Of a DNA stretch of 64,000 nucleotides, positions 42,401 to 54,185 are shown piece by piece; positions within the stretch are counted from its first letter, which is position 1; every line of letters starts with the position of its first letter. The translations under genes were made by a program, and so were the position numbers. The DNA is from Paraspadella gotoi (taxonomy: Eukaryota > Animalia > Chaetognatha), in assembly GCA_051294375.1 (NCBI GenBank), contig CM119264.1:15154682-15218681 (forward strand), read 5' to 3'. Below the pieces are notes generated by a model that did no database searches, had not been told where the DNA came from, and saw nothing but the letters and a program-made list of their open reading frames with translations.

Positions 42401-45400
42401 CGACAAGATTTAGGGGTGGGACCGACAAAGCGAATTATACAGTCGGAATCTGCTGATAAGCATATACGACTAAAAAGATTCCTTATTTATTAACTATCGT
42501 ATTCAACTTAGGACCGCTTCCTACATATAATTTATAAAAGTTTAAACTTAGATTTAAGAAATGAGAATTTAATTACCGTTCTGTTCTCAATTAATTTTTT
42601 TTCGATACACAGGAAAAAAGAAAAAACAGTGAGGTTGAAAAAGACTTTGGAAGAGGACTTTCAGCGAACGACGGCAGTTGAGGAAGAGACGAAAAAATCT
42701 GCCGTAGAGCTGGAAAGGGACAGAGACGCCAAAGCACGGGAGCGTCACGAGAAGCAAATTGAGATGGAAGAACTAGAGAAGCTAACAGTAGCCAAGTAAA
42801 AAACGATACTTAAGCGGAGATTTAAAGCCGCCTCACTACTTATTTAACTCGCTCCATCCAATGAGACCCAGAGGGTCAACGCAACATCCCTATCTTGCGT
42901 CTCTGCTTCGATACCAGAGCTCCGCGCTACTAACCTGGCAAAGCGTGACGGATTTGGCTTTACCTTGTGGTTGAGGCCACTACTGACGAGGGTGAAGTGA
43001 AAGTTTGGAATCAAAATTTAGCAGTTATATATTGAAAATTATCATATTAGTGAATATTACAAGGTGACACACAATCGCCCGCCGCTAAAAAAATCGTCAT
43101 TTGCAAACGTACCAAGATTTTAATCTGAAAAAATTTTTCTGTAGTAAAGACCTAAGGCAACTTTTCTCCGCTCATTGCCAAGTCAAATCATAACCAATCA
43201 ATATGAAATTTGGATATATAATTATAAATTATTTAAGTCTTTACTACAGAAAAAATATTTTAGATTAAAAAAAATTTTGCACATTTGCAAATGATGATTT
43301 TTTTTAGCGGCGGGCTGTCGTGTGTCACCTTGTAATCTATAGTTATTTTTCTTTTTTTATAAATATAATAGCCCATTTTGTATATAGTACTATAGTACTA
43401 CCTTTATATAATGTTAAAATTTCAAAATTTTTTTAAAAAATTTTTAGAACAGTTTCAGATTCCTAGTTAAAAGTTGATTGAAGAAAATAAAAACCTTTTT
43501 CAAAAATTATGTTATTAAATAGGTTAAAATTACAAAAAACTATATTTTTAAGCTCGAAATTAAAAATCGGCATTTTGAATATAGTTTTTTTTTATTTTTG
43601 ACCAATTTAATGAAAAAATTTTTAAAAAAGAATTATACTTTTATTTATTAACTTTTTACAAGGAATCCAAATCCGATCTTAAAATTTAAAATTTTTTATT
43701 TTGAAATTTTAGCTTATTATATATTTATTACTGATTACGAAGTTGTTATTACTATATATAAATGTAGCTCACTGGTGCCCACTAATGTATAAAATTAAAA
43801 AAATAAATTTACCAAAGTATTTTTATTGGTTTTTATTTTCATGTTTTATATGTTAAATTTTAATTATTTAAAATTCTATCATTTTCACATCACTCTACTA
43901 CTGAGGGTCCATAGCCAAATGGAGAGAGGTGCTTCATTAGGGTGTGCCAAAATTTTCAAAATTATAGTAGCTTAATTTATATCTGGAATAATATGGGTAG
44001 GCTTAAAAAAATGTTTGTGGCATACCTTTGACTAGATGAGTGATTGCCTCAAAAGTATAAATGGTTTTAGCATCTACCCACATCATATGAATTTTTTGAA
44101 CATTTTTTTTCCAAAAAAAATTTACAATAAATGCTGCAACTTTGAAAAAAAAGGAGAAAAAATGGTAAAAAAAAGACTTTGTGCTAAATATCTTTAAAAG
44201 CTTTATTGCTAGAGGGACGAAACCCAAACTATCTTTTAGAGCGGAAAAAATTGACTATGTTACATACCTTGCATTATAAATTAAGTTAGTTTTTTACTAA
44301 GGAAAAGGAGTAAAGGAGTAAAAGAGCTTTATTGGTAATCAAAATGTAATCAGTCTTTCCTTTTTCCAAATCTGAAAGAAAAACAAAAAAAATATATGCC
44401 TTCATTAAAATTTTTAACTCCGAAAACTGTTATACTTTTAACTAGGTTTTAAACAAATCCTGTCTTAACATTTTTGGATAAAATTTATAGAAACTAGTTC
44501 AGAAAGGTGCCCCAAGATTAGGGCTTTAATTTGATACCTCGCCCACCAATCCTATCTCTTTTCTTTCAAAAGTTATGCAAAAAATTAACTTTTTTTATCA
44601 TCGGAGAACTAAGGATTTGAACTACGCAGTACAAATCTTTGTTAAATAAAAATTTCGGCAAAGCGGGAGTATCTATATTTATCCTATTTGTATAATACCT
44701 AAATTTCAAAATAAAACTAAAGAAAAATTGTTATCATCTAGGACATGTAACTTTCAGTTATACCCATCGTCTTACTCATTTATGGCTTATGGTTTAAGAA
44801 TTCAGAGAAATAAAGTATCTAATCCAAATTTCAACTTTTACACTGTATTTTACTGTATCATTCTAGCCGAATCATATTTTGCATGTATTTGTCCAGCATA
44901 ACTGTCAGGAAGGGATGGCTTGTTAGTACAAATGGTCAGACAAAGTAAATTCAATGACCGATAATTTTTTTTTCGTGCACATGAAATTAAGCGTGATCTG
45001 TCTCTGCGTCTTATGTTTTATCAAAACAAACAAATTTTCTCTCTTTATTTTCATATTTCTCTCTCTTTCTCTTTTTTCTTTTAATTACATGTCTCTCTCC
45101 CTCTCTCTTTTCCCTATTCACTGATTCATAATCATAGGGAAAAAAACGAGTCTGCAGGGGCTTTTTCTTTTTCTCTATTTTCTCCTGCTGCTTTTGCTGC
45201 TGCCTTTTGAGTCTGCAGCTGGCTCTGCAGGGGCTCTCTCTTTTTCTCTCTTTCTCCTGCTGCTTCTGCTGCTGCCATTTGATTTCTTTCTTTTCTCTCT
45301 CTCTCTCTCTGTGTTTTTATTAAAAAAAAAATTGAATTGGGATTGAACTCGTAAAATTAAGCATCGCATTCGTGCATGTTATCATTTTGCTATATTAACA

Positions 45401-48400
45401 TGGGGTTTTTATTTCACTTTAGTCTTTCAAGTCTGATTCAAGTTTCACTTTGTCTTTTGTCTGGGAATTCTGACAGTGTTTAGAGAGGTCGCATTCGATC
45501 AAACTGCTCGCTTATGCGTGCTTAAAGTAAAACAAAAGTACCTTCAATAATGTTACTCCAGTCTTAGCACTTGCTAAAAATTAAACTCGAAAATAAGTTA
45601 TTTTATTGTTTTATATTTATTCTTTTGACAATGAAAAAGTTTTTTTTTTTTTAGAAACTAACTGTAAATTGACAATCGCAAAATAGAATTTTTCTTTCTG
45701 TTTATAAATTAATTTTCTTTTTTTCCCCTTTATATTCTTTCTTTCCTTTCTTTCCTTTCTATTCTTTCTTTCCTTTCTTTCTATTCTTTCTATTCTTTCT
45801 TTCCTTTCTATTCTTTTTTTTCTATTCTGTCTTTCCTTTTTTTCCTTTCTATTCTATTCTTTTCTTCTTTTTCTTTCTGTTTATAAATTTTTTTTTTCAA
45901 ATTTGATTTTTTTTAGTATCAAAATTTGTCGTCAATCCAGATTTTTCTTATGCAATTGTGACGATCCTTATGCTTTTAAGATTTTTTCGATATAAAATAA
46001 AAAGAAAAATTGACAAAAGTGATTAAATGTGACAAAAAGAGTAAAATTAATGAAAGTTAAGCAACTGAGAGAAGAGTTGCTTGCTGCTTAGCGATCGAGT
46101 AAAAAAGTCATCGTCCAAAGAAAGAAAACTAGTTATTCTATTTTTTTCATTCATTACCTTTGTCAAGCTTGTTCTACAGAACTGAGTTGAATTATAATTT
46201 GGGTTAAATATATTGCCTAATCAAAGGTTGTAAAAGACTTGGAAAAATATATTAAGCTTGCTTGATTAATTTAAGAATAGATCCGACTTGTTGATAAATT
46301 CATCAACTATACAAGATATGAAATGAATAAAAATCAAAGATGAATTAAAAATTATATTTATTTCAAAACTAAATTGACTCTTTACAATAGACTTAATTAT
46401 TAACTATAAATCATGAATAGATAACAAAAAAATAGAATAACTAGTTTTCTTTCTTTGGCACTATAGATGATGATCTTTTTTTTTCTCGACCGGCAAGCAG
46501 CAAGCAACTCTTTTCTCAGTTGCTTAACTTTCATTAACTTTACTCTTTTTGTCTCATTTTATCAATTTTTAATCATTTAATCACTTTTATCAATTTTTCT
46601 TTTTATTTTATATAAAGAAAAAATTTTAAAAATTACCTTATTTAAAAGTCATATTCCTTTATAAAATAATAAAAATTTAAAAAAAACTTTAAGGACCTGG
46701 TGAAACAAATCAGAATTTAATATTTTTTTATTTACAGAAAAAAGAAAAGAAAAGAAAAGTGAAAAAGAGAAAAAGAGAAAAGTTCATTCCCTTTTTCCCT
46801 TTAGCCTAGTTCAAACCTATTAAAAAATAATAATAATTAAGGAAAGTGATTTTTTTAAATTTAAAAAATTATAACTTTTTAACCGATAATCTTTTTTTAA
46901 AAATTCTTTCAGCAAAACAAAGGCAATTCGCCATAATTTTTTTTAAAAAATATTTCACGAACATTGTTAAAAATATCATTTTTAAAAAATTTTATCAAAA
47001 ATTGCCCAAAACAATAGGTTTTAAAAAAAATTTTCCTTAGTAAAAAACTAACTTAATTTATAATGCTGACTACTACCATCTACAACTCAGATGCTCTTTT
47101 ATATAGGAGATATCGACGTTCGTCTCTTTCTCTCTTTTGCGTTCATTCCAGATTCTGCGTTGAAACGGGACTCTTCTCCAAAATAATGAACGTTTGTGGA
47201 TTCTTTGTGGACGTTTAGTGGTTTCTTCGTGGATTTGTTTATTTGATTATATTGCTTCTTTGATTAATCATTTGATTATTAGTTAGTATTTCATTGATTG
47301 TATTGTATGAATATCTATATGCTTTGATTATTTTATTAAGGTACCATTGAAGAGACAGTAATTATTGATAAGTGTTAATGACAGAACCATTCAATATAAG
47401 CAGTTCCTGAGCTTCGGATCAGGCTGTAACACCGTGTTATAGGCGGGTTAATCGCCCCGTCCCTCTTAACTGCTAAGCGGCCACCGGTCTAGAACCCCGG
47501 ACCTTTGGGTTGGGAGGCGAATGACTTGCCTCTGGCACCAATGGCCGCTGATGAACGGTTGGTGGAATTTAGTCCACCATACATCCCCCCCTCCCGTAGG
47601 GAGAAGTCCGTTGCGTCTCTTCAGTGAATTGTTGTTGGTGGAAAGTGCGTCACCAAGTTGAGGCATGTCGCCTGATGTGTTGTGGGCGGAAAGTGCATCG
47701 CCAGGTTTTAGGCATGTCGCCTGAAAGTGTTGTTGTTGCTGTTGGGTTTGGAAGTCGGGCTCACCAATGAAGAGACAGTAATTGTTGATAAGTGTTAATG
47801 ACAGAACCGTTCAATATAAGCAGTCCCTGAGCTTCGAATCAGGCTGTAACACCGTGTTACAGGCGGTTTAAGCACCCCGTCCCTCTTAACTGCCAAGCGG
47901 CCACCGGGCTAGAACCCTGGACCTTTGGGTTGGGAGGCGAATGACTTGCCTCCGGCACCAATGGCCGCTGATGAACGGTTGGTGGAATTTAATCCACCAT
48001 ACCATTAAATATCAAGACTCCAAGTGGATAAGAAACTTATAAACTTTACGGCGCCAGCGGTCCCGGTCTTCAGTCTAGTTTCTCTCCCGACGTCTTCTCT
48101 CTCTCCGCTAGGTCAAGGAGGGGGTTCTTACAATGCGAGGTATGTAACAGTCAATTTTTTCCGCTCTTACAAGATAGTTGGGGTTTCGTCCCTCTAGCAA
48201 TAAAGCTTTAAAGATATTTAACAAAAATCCATTTTTACTTTTTTTTTTCATTTTTTCAAAGTTGTCAGCATTTACTGTAATTTTTTTTTTTTGAAAAAAA
48301 AAGTTCAAAAAATTCATATGATGTATGGGCACCTTTTACACAACTCGTTTTTTGATTTCAAAACTTTTCATATATGGAAAGGTCTAATCCCACGACCCGT

Positions 48401-51400
48401 AATCATCATCTTTCAATAATTTTATTATTTTTTCTTAATTTTGACCAAAAAAACAAAAATTTTTGAAAGTTATATTTTTATTTAACTTTTTATGCTCTAT
48501 CAGAATCCATCAAAAATAAGTTAATATTGATTAAAAAAGTTTTTATCATTATATAGTAATATTATAATTTTGAAAGCAACATTAAAAGCATTAAAATCGA
48601 ACTTTTTTTTAAAATTCTTTTTTTACCTAAAAATAGACTTCAAGACAAAAGTTTTGAACCCGCGCCCCTATTGAATTTAATTTCATAGTAGATTTCTACC
48701 AGTAACCACCTTTAACCCTAAATACCCCTAACCTTAACCAAATTTTATATATAGGAATAAAAAAAAATAACCGACCGGTTCCGGTGGGCGAAAGTACAAT
48801 TATGCCCAAGATAATAATCTACTTACTCATCATCATATTAATCTACATACTCAGACAGAAGCTTCAGTCTTTAGCGATTCAAAAATGCGAAGACCTCAAC
48901 TTTGAAGGAAGACTTTTGGACTCAAAACGCGCGGAGATGGAGGGAAAGTTAAAGACGAACAAAAGCCAAATTTACTCGCAACAGCGACATCTAGAAAAAT
49001 TGAAGAGAAAGTCAGACAAAATGGATTTAAGAAATAAAATAGAAAATGATTCTTTGGACATCGTCGTTAAAAGGCACGAAAAGGTAAAAAAAAGATAATT
49101 TGCCCGAGAAAAGAAATTTGTTTGACCAAAATGAAATTTCTTTTGATATATAATTTAGATGAGAAAAAAGAAATTCTTTAAATCAACGATGGTTTATTAA
49201 TATCCGTACATCCGTACAACATGTTTCGACTTTAGGTTAAGTCTTCATCAGCGCTTGACATGTTGATACAATGATACATAATTTGAAATCTTAGTTACAA
49301 CTCGAAGTGGAAAAAAGTCCTTGCTTGCCGAGCGACGCCATTACACAATTAACTAACTTGAAGCACGAAGTGGACGCAGCAAGAAGGAATCTTTTCTTTG
49401 AAGGAAGTTTGAGCATCGCGGAACAACTCGCCACCGAGAAAGCCAAAGGGATTGAGTTCGCGATGGTCAAGGAGCTCGTAAGTAATAAGTAATAAGGGGG
49501 GAAATTTTGCTGATTGTGCTGCCGATCATACATACAGTGTGTCCCAATGGTACTGTCGGTTAACTTTGACATTGTTATTTCAGAAATGAGATTTAATAAT
49601 ACAGTTCCGCACAATTTGTAAAAGATAAGTTATTACCATTTATGATACGATATTTCGAATTCAATTTTTATCAATTTTTCTTTGCAGAACATTCAATTTA
49701 AATGAGTCATCATTTCTCACTTTTTAAATTTTTAGATATTTTTTTATTTTAAAATAAATTTTATTAAAAAAATTAAATAAAAAATATTTTAAATAGATAT
49801 AAATTATTTAAATATTAATTTGTATATAATAAGTGCATTAATAAATAAAAATAAACAAATATACAAAATACAAAATTGATAAAAATATGCTAATTAATTT
49901 TATATTTAAATTTTATTATTTGAAGTTGTGAGCGACTAAATCATTAAGCCAGAACAAGATGGTTGCTATTAATTCAATAATAAAATTACAATTAAAAAAA
50001 TAATATAAATAAGGTAAGTAGATAATTTTAAAAATAATGATTACTGAATTATAAAATCTTTGGAGCTAAAAATATGAGGTAGTTTCTTACTGTCCTACAT
50101 ATAAAGAAAAGATTTAAAACATTATTTAATCAATATTATAAAAAATATTTGTTAAATATTAAAAAATATATAATTAAATTTTTTTGGTTCAAAATCACTG
50201 AAAAAATTGGAGTTTGCTTTGTTCAATTTTTAAAATTTAGGTATCCTATAAAATGGTCCATATTTGTGCGCATATTCATTATAATGAATTTGTGGAGGAC
50301 AGTCGACGACGACTATGGTCGACGATTCGACCGACCTTTTCGTCCCCGTTGGGTCACTTGATATGACCGACGTTTCTCTCTCTTTCTGACTCGTGCTCCC
50401 CTCCTTATAAGTAGATACCGTCACTCGAATAAACCTTTCATTGTTATTCTTACATTTTACATTGTAATAAATGTATATTATCATTAAACATTGTTTCCTT
50501 TTCCAACGTCGCTATAAATTAAAGTTTTTCGATCTGGTCTAAGAGCAGTAAGCTTTTCTTAACAGACAGTACCATTGGGACACTCTGTATAAGTGTATTG
50601 TCTGGTGGTCCTATCACCACAGATGGATTAAAGCTGTTTCTTTCGCAGCGCCTCAGTGGCTCAGTGGACTAATGCACCATCCCAATGTGCGTCCCTGGTT
50701 CGAGCCCTGAGGTTGTCATGTAGTAAGTGGGATGGACCGGGTAACCCGCCTGTAGGCATGGGCCTACTGCCAGATCCAAAGCTCTGGACTACATGAACAT
50801 GCTGTCTCGCTGTCGCCACGAGGTGACACCGCTGCGGGGTGTGGCGCCCTGTAAACTAGTGTTCCGTTAACCGTTAACTGTTAACGGTTATTAACGGTTA
50901 AAAATAATTTTAACTTAACCGTTAATATATTCATTTAACGATTAAATTCGGTTAATTTTCAAATGTGATTTTTTTATTTTTGGTATGAAATCTTTAAATT
51001 TAAAAAAAAAACTATTTTTTTTCTTTCTCTCTTATTCTCACCATATTTTTACCCCTCTCTCTTCTCTCAATTTTTCCCGGCTTTTTTCCTTTGTTATTTT
51101 CTCCTTTTTTTCTATCCTCATCTCTCTCTTATTCGTTCTTCCCCTTTATTTATCTCCTCCTGTTCCTTTCTTTTTCTTTCTCACTTTTCCCCTTTTTCTT
51201 CCCCCTTTCTTTTTTCCCTTTTTTCGCCCTTTGCTTTTACCTTTTTCCTTTTTTTTGCCCTTTCATGCAATAATATATATTCAATTTAGCTAAAATAAAT
51301 AATCCCTTTTATTTTACTTTTTCTCTCTTTTTCTTTCCCTCTTTAAAATTAACAAAGAAGCAAATGAAATTAAACCGAATGAATGAAAAAAAATGAATAA

Positions 51401-52777
51401 AAACCAAATAAAAAATTCTTTTAAAAAATTTAAAAATTAATAATAGAAGGAACGAATCTTAAAAAAGACATATAAAAATAATAATGATGATATACTTTTT
51501 AATTAAAATGAAAAATATATTTATAATCAATAAATATTTTGATCAATCGATAAATCAACCAGTCTATCAATAAATTAAAATTCATATTTATATTTATGGT
51601 CAATGACCATTGCATTGGTCATAGTTTATGAAAAACTTACAACAGAAAACAAGCGTTTAAGAAACTACAAAAATAATGGGGAATAGAAGAAGTAGAGAAA
51701 GAAAAAGAAAGCAAAAGAGAGAAAGAGAAAACAAAATATAGAATTAGAATTTGATGGTATCCTTTCGTTCGTTGTGTGTTATGAGATTAGCAAAAATATT
51801 TTTTGTTACAACAACAATTTTATTTGACATAAAAAATAGACATATTTCGACTCTGTTTCAAGTCTTTATCAGCGCATTCAAGAGCCAGAGTTAAAGAGAA
51901 AATACCATTAAATACTTTATTTTGTTTTAAATCTTAATATTTTAAATTTAAAGTTGAATTATAAAATTAACCGATCTTAACGGTTAACCGTAAAAATGTT
52001 AGTTTTAACGCGTTAAGCGGAATTTCCTAAAAAATTAACGGTTATCGGAACTCTATGTAAAACCAGCCTCTTCAATATATCAAATCTGAAAAACGTTTTG
52101 TAAATTTAATGTGTGAGGCTATCAAAATGTCAAATTCTGCTAATACCAGGATAAACTTCGAACTGAAGGAATTGAGATGGGTCGATTGACTACCCTTTTG
52201 ACGACAGATAGAGAAGAGAAGTCTCGCGACGTTATGAAGGCTCAGGACAGACTTAAACTGGCCAAGGAAGACAAGAAAGTAAAGTCGCAGGTGAGATGCG
52301 CGTCATAATAAATCATAAATTAAGCTTAAGAAATTATCAAAATGTGTCTTCACAATTCACTTAAAAAACATTTGTTGTATTTTAACATTAAACGTTCAGA
52401 CAATAGACTATCACGAAAAGAAATTGAAAGAGGTGCAAGATAATCTTCGAAGGTTCGCCCAGTTTTATGAAAAGGAAAAGAAGTTAAGGAACGACGCTGT
52501 TTTTAAAATTCAGGAGGTACATTTAGAATTATGATCGTTTTTTATGATCTGTCATTCGATTTTACCTCTGATTTACAAATATCAACCTCAGTGTCAGCAG
52601 TTGGAGGTGGAGATGAAGGAGAAGATTCACCATCACAGCAACGAGATTCAAAATCTGGAATTTCTCTTCAAAAGACTGGACGGCCAGCTGCTGCGGCGCG
52701 CAAAACGGTCCGTCGAGACCAAAAGCCTCAGGGATGCCATCAAAAGGGACACGGAACAAACAAGCGCCAATATTCAG
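24425..52777 (+). CDS. CCDC146: CCDC146/MBO2-like axonemal coiled-coil protein, partial (exons approx. 24425-24478, 24659-24800, 24886-24999, 25126-25432, 27141-27331, 41418-41576, 42613-42795, 48855-49083, 49295-49477, 52150-52290, 52400-52516, 52591-52777); C-terminal third not in window
   Basis: DREEKSRDVMKAQDRLKLAKEDKKVKSQTIDYHEKKLKEVQDNLRRFAQFYE aligns with CCDC146 DEKEQKSKDFLKAQQKY..KAKDLEIRIHKKK..RLREFAKLYD; LKHEVDAARRNL ~ LHKEVEVAKRNL; LNITPA ~ LSETPA; colinear order. Confidence 0.8.
25580..27082 (-). mobile_element. HINE family 1 partial copy hosting HINE family 3
   Basis: Body homology; resumes at 27013 after the insert. Confidence 0.65.
26068..27012 (+). mobile_element. HINE family 3 (Helentron derivative) inserted in a T-run
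   Basis: 5' palindrome AGTTGCGCCGCGAGTACTCGCTGAGCAACT, 3' subterminal IR GCGGCGTAAC, hairpin GGAATAATCGTTCC, CTTGTT end, no TSD. Confidence 0.7.
28140..28573 (+). mobile_element. L1/Tx1-clade non-LTR retrotransposon ORF2 fragment (post-RT region); duplicate at ~35840-36271
   Basis: KLTLWKTRPL..TNIFLYSALWY..KEIAKDRL..YYNCGAQLMDIRDKVKAQRIMWIKRLL resembles the L1/Tx1 'GGLGL.D...K.KA....WI.RLL' segment. Confidence 0.6.
28694..28736 (-). ncRNA. Minimal type I hammerhead ribozyme (PLE pLTR); duplicate at 36390-36431
   Basis: CA-CUGAUGA-A-GGCUCU(loop)AGAGCC-GAAA-CAUG-UC^UG; palindromic ACAUGU stem III. Confidence 0.85.
28976..31165. mobile_element. hAT-like non-autonomous element inserted in the PLE 3' UTR
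   Basis: Termini T(T/A)GGGTGGAG...CTCCACTCTA, ATGTACA duplicated at both flanks; left end also at ~57305 and ~61179. Confidence 0.6.
33230..34398 (+). mobile_element. 3' end of an LTR element: orphan ORF, PPT and ~207-bp LTR (34192-34398); duplicate 39361-40440
   Basis: G-rich tract GGGGGGCGGGA directly before TGTGG...CTACA with internal AATAAA; GC-rich frameshifted ORF upstream. Confidence 0.55.
35034..41040 (+). repeat. Near-identical tandem copy of ~27302-35008 (probable haplotype/assembly duplication)
   Basis: Begins at an N gap with many indels; same nested TE order; lacks ~29200-30760. Confidence 0.85.
36341..39213 (-). mobile_element. Second copy of the Penelope-like element
   Basis: Near-identical to 28646-33080 with the same 5' truncation point. 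Confidence 0.9.
41714..42475 (-). mobile_element. HINE family 1 diverged full copy
   Basis: Both termini present. Confidence 0.7.
42810..42965 (-). mobile_element. Possible old tRNA-derived SINE
   Basis: GC-richer island with B-box-like GGTATCGAAGC and terminal hairpin GCGG..CCGC; single copy here. Confidence 0.3.
43060..43332. mobile_element. Tc1/mariner-type MITE with long imperfect TIRs
   Basis: TA|CAAGGTGACACAC...GTGTGTCACCTTG|TA, inverted similarity over ~90 bp. Confidence 0.85.
45990..46612. repeat. Foldback element/MITE with ~160-bp inverted arms
   Basis: 45990-46147 is the imperfect reverse complement of 46427-46612. Confidence 0.75.
47400..47473 (-). ncRNA. Type-P5 twister ribozyme in 3' LTR (a more mutated one at 47820-47893)
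   Basis: GCAGUU-AAGAGG-GA-CGG-GGCGAU-U^AA-CCC-GC-P3-CCUGA-UCCGAAGC-UCAGG-AACUGC. Confidence 0.8.
47897..47968 (-). promoter_or_regulatory. 72-nt tRNA-like internal Pol III promoter in the TRIM LTR (not a functional tRNA)
   Basis: 7-bp acceptor stem GCGGCCA/TGGCCGC, A-box-like TGGTGCCGGAGG, B-box-like GGTTCTAGCCC, loop CTCCCAA. Confidence 0.75.
49215..49255 (-). ncRNA. Hammerhead motif in a solo PLE pLTR remnant (CCDC146 intron), weak stem I
   Basis: CUGAUGA-A-GACUU..AAGUC-GAAA-CAUG-UU. Confidence 0.6.
50716..50796 (+). ncRNA. Type-P5 twister ribozyme, family 2; predicted cleavage 50742/50743
   Basis: UCAUGUAGU-AAGUGG-GA-UGG-ACCGGG-U^AA-CCC-GC-P3-CCAGA-UCCAAAGC-UCUGG-ACUACAUGA. Confidence 0.82.
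50857..52055. mobile_element. hAT-like MITE; related inverted partial copies at ~34400-35008 and ~40441-41196
   Basis: TIR TAG(T/A)GTTCCG(T/A)TAACCGTTAA, subterminal AACCGTT motifs, ~8-bp TSD TGTAAA(A)C. Confidence 0.8.
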
Positions 52778-53160
52778 GTCGGTCAGAGAGACAATGTTTG
52801 TGTGTTTATTATGTAACAAAAAGGTTATAAGAATCATGTGTAGCAAAAATATTAAAATAATCAAAATTCGAATAGAAGATTAAGAACAGGCTTGTACCTG
52901 TGAACTTTTTTAAATAAAAACAATTTAATTTTTATTTTTTAATTTCGCATACGCCCATATTTATACATAGAAAATATTAAAATTTTAAAATGTTTTTTCT
53001 TATTTTTAAAAGCAGATTCGAATTCCTGACAAAAAGTTGACATAAGGAAATATAACTCTTTTTCGAAAATTATTTCATTAAGTAGATCAAAATCCTAAAA
53101 AAACTATTATTATTAACCTCGTCGTGAACTTCCTTTCTTTTTCGTTGTGATTGCGCATTG

Positions 53161-53983
53161 GAAGACGTTTTTAATGTTTTTCTACAACGACTTTATTTGT
53201 AAAAACGTACATGTTTCGGCTTACATACAAGCCTTCTTCAGCGTTAACAAATTATTTGTGAATTTTTAAATTGATTTGTGCAAAAGAAGAAGAGAGAGAG
53301 AGAAAGAGAGAAAAATAGAGAGAGAGGGCGATTCGATCTCCCTCCAAGCTATGATAGGCTTATCAAAAGCGTGGTGGAGGCCCCGTCTCCACCACGTCCG
53401 CACAATGATTCCCCTGTATCCACTCAACGAAACAGGCGGAGACCTTTGCGTAAGCAATGGGCGAACGATGCCTCTCCTTCACCAGCAGCAACTCACTCTC
53501 TCTCTCTGTGGAGTGAGCGCCCACCCAAAAGACAGCTGCAGGAGGAAGGGGAGGAGTCCACAACTCGTGTTGCAAAAGTAGCAAGAATGGACAACCGCCC
53601 ACCTCGCCAGCCGGCGAGAAGAGGGCAGTCAACAGCCGTACCAGGCCAGAGAGACATTCGGGTAGCCCTTGGACTCTTCCCACAAGGAAGCCTCCCTTGT
53701 CCAGCTCAAACAGGCTCAACCGACTTGTCCTCTCAACCACTGACGCGTCAATGACGACCCCATCGATTAGGCCTTTCATTTGCTTCAACCATCTCTGTGT
53801 TGGAAACTTTGCCCTCTCTCTCTATTTTTCTCTCTTTCTCTCTTCTTCTTTTGCACAAATCAATTTAAAAATTCACAAATAATTTGTTAACGCTGAAGAA
53901 GTGAAGAAGGCTTGTATGTAAGCCGAAACATGTACGTTTTTACAAATAAAGTCATTGTAGAAAAACATTAAAAACGTCTTCAA
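53161..53983 (+). mobile_element. Short Penelope-like insertion: inverted pLTR (53161-53329), ORF C-terminus, pLTR
   Basis: GRFDLPPSYDRLIKSVVEAP.. matches the PLE tail; 53161-53329 is the reverse complement of ~53811-53981. Confidence 0.88.
53204..53245 (-). ncRNA. Minimal type I hammerhead (intact); sense copies at ~53889-53938 and ~57810-57860 carry an 8-nt core duplication
   Basis: AACG-CUGAAGA-A-GGCUU..AAGCC-GAAA-CAUG-UA^CGUU. Confidence 0.85.
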
Positions 53984-54185
53984 ATACTATTAACCTATAA
54001 TTAGTTTTCAGTATAAAAAATATAGTTTTTTAAATTTTTGGCTAACTTAATGAAAGAATTTTTGATGAAGAGAGATTAATTAATTAATTAAGAGATTAAT
54101 TAATTAATCTCTTTGAGGAATTCGAATCTGCTTTCAAAACTAATAAAACGTTATTTTAAAATTTTAACATTTTCTATGGTAAGTA

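Larger units (their letters stand above)
47348..48001 (-). mobile_element. Complete TRIM (tRNA+twister LTRs): LTRs 47768-48001 and 47348-47581, 186-bp internal region
   Basis: Two 234-bp direct repeats, PBS TGGTGAGCCCGAC, PPT GGGAGGGGGGGA, 4-bp TSD ATGG. Confidence 0.92.
47067..48132 (-). mobile_element. Solo LTR (~410 bp net) hosting a TRIM insertion
   Basis: TG...CA termini, 4-bp TSD ATGC (47063-47066, 48133-48136); empty site seen in the homologous repeat at ~44260-44285. Confidence 0.8.
50599..52074 (+). mobile_element. Second family tRNA+twister unit (probable solo LTR, ~270 bp net) split by a hAT MITE
   Basis: TGTCTGGTGG hairpin start and CTCTTCA end like family 1; perfect A box TGGCTCAGTGG and B box GGTTCGAGCCC; flanks GTAT/ATAT. 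Confidence 0.65.

Noticed and set aside
42980-43010. CTGACGAG...GAAA possible hammerhead
   Set aside because: Stem II cannot pair
47530-47580. CTGATGA on the antisense strand of the TRIM LTR as a hammerhead core
   Set aside because: No stem II followed by GAAA; the twister fold on the other strand explains the conservation
47897-47968. Functional tRNA-Gly(CCC) gene
   Set aside because: D and anticodon arms pair poorly, T-loop deviates, and it always lies within the LTR
50291-50508. Solo LTR TGTGGAGG...CCAAC
   Set aside because: LTR-like composition but no CA end or TSD; not supportable
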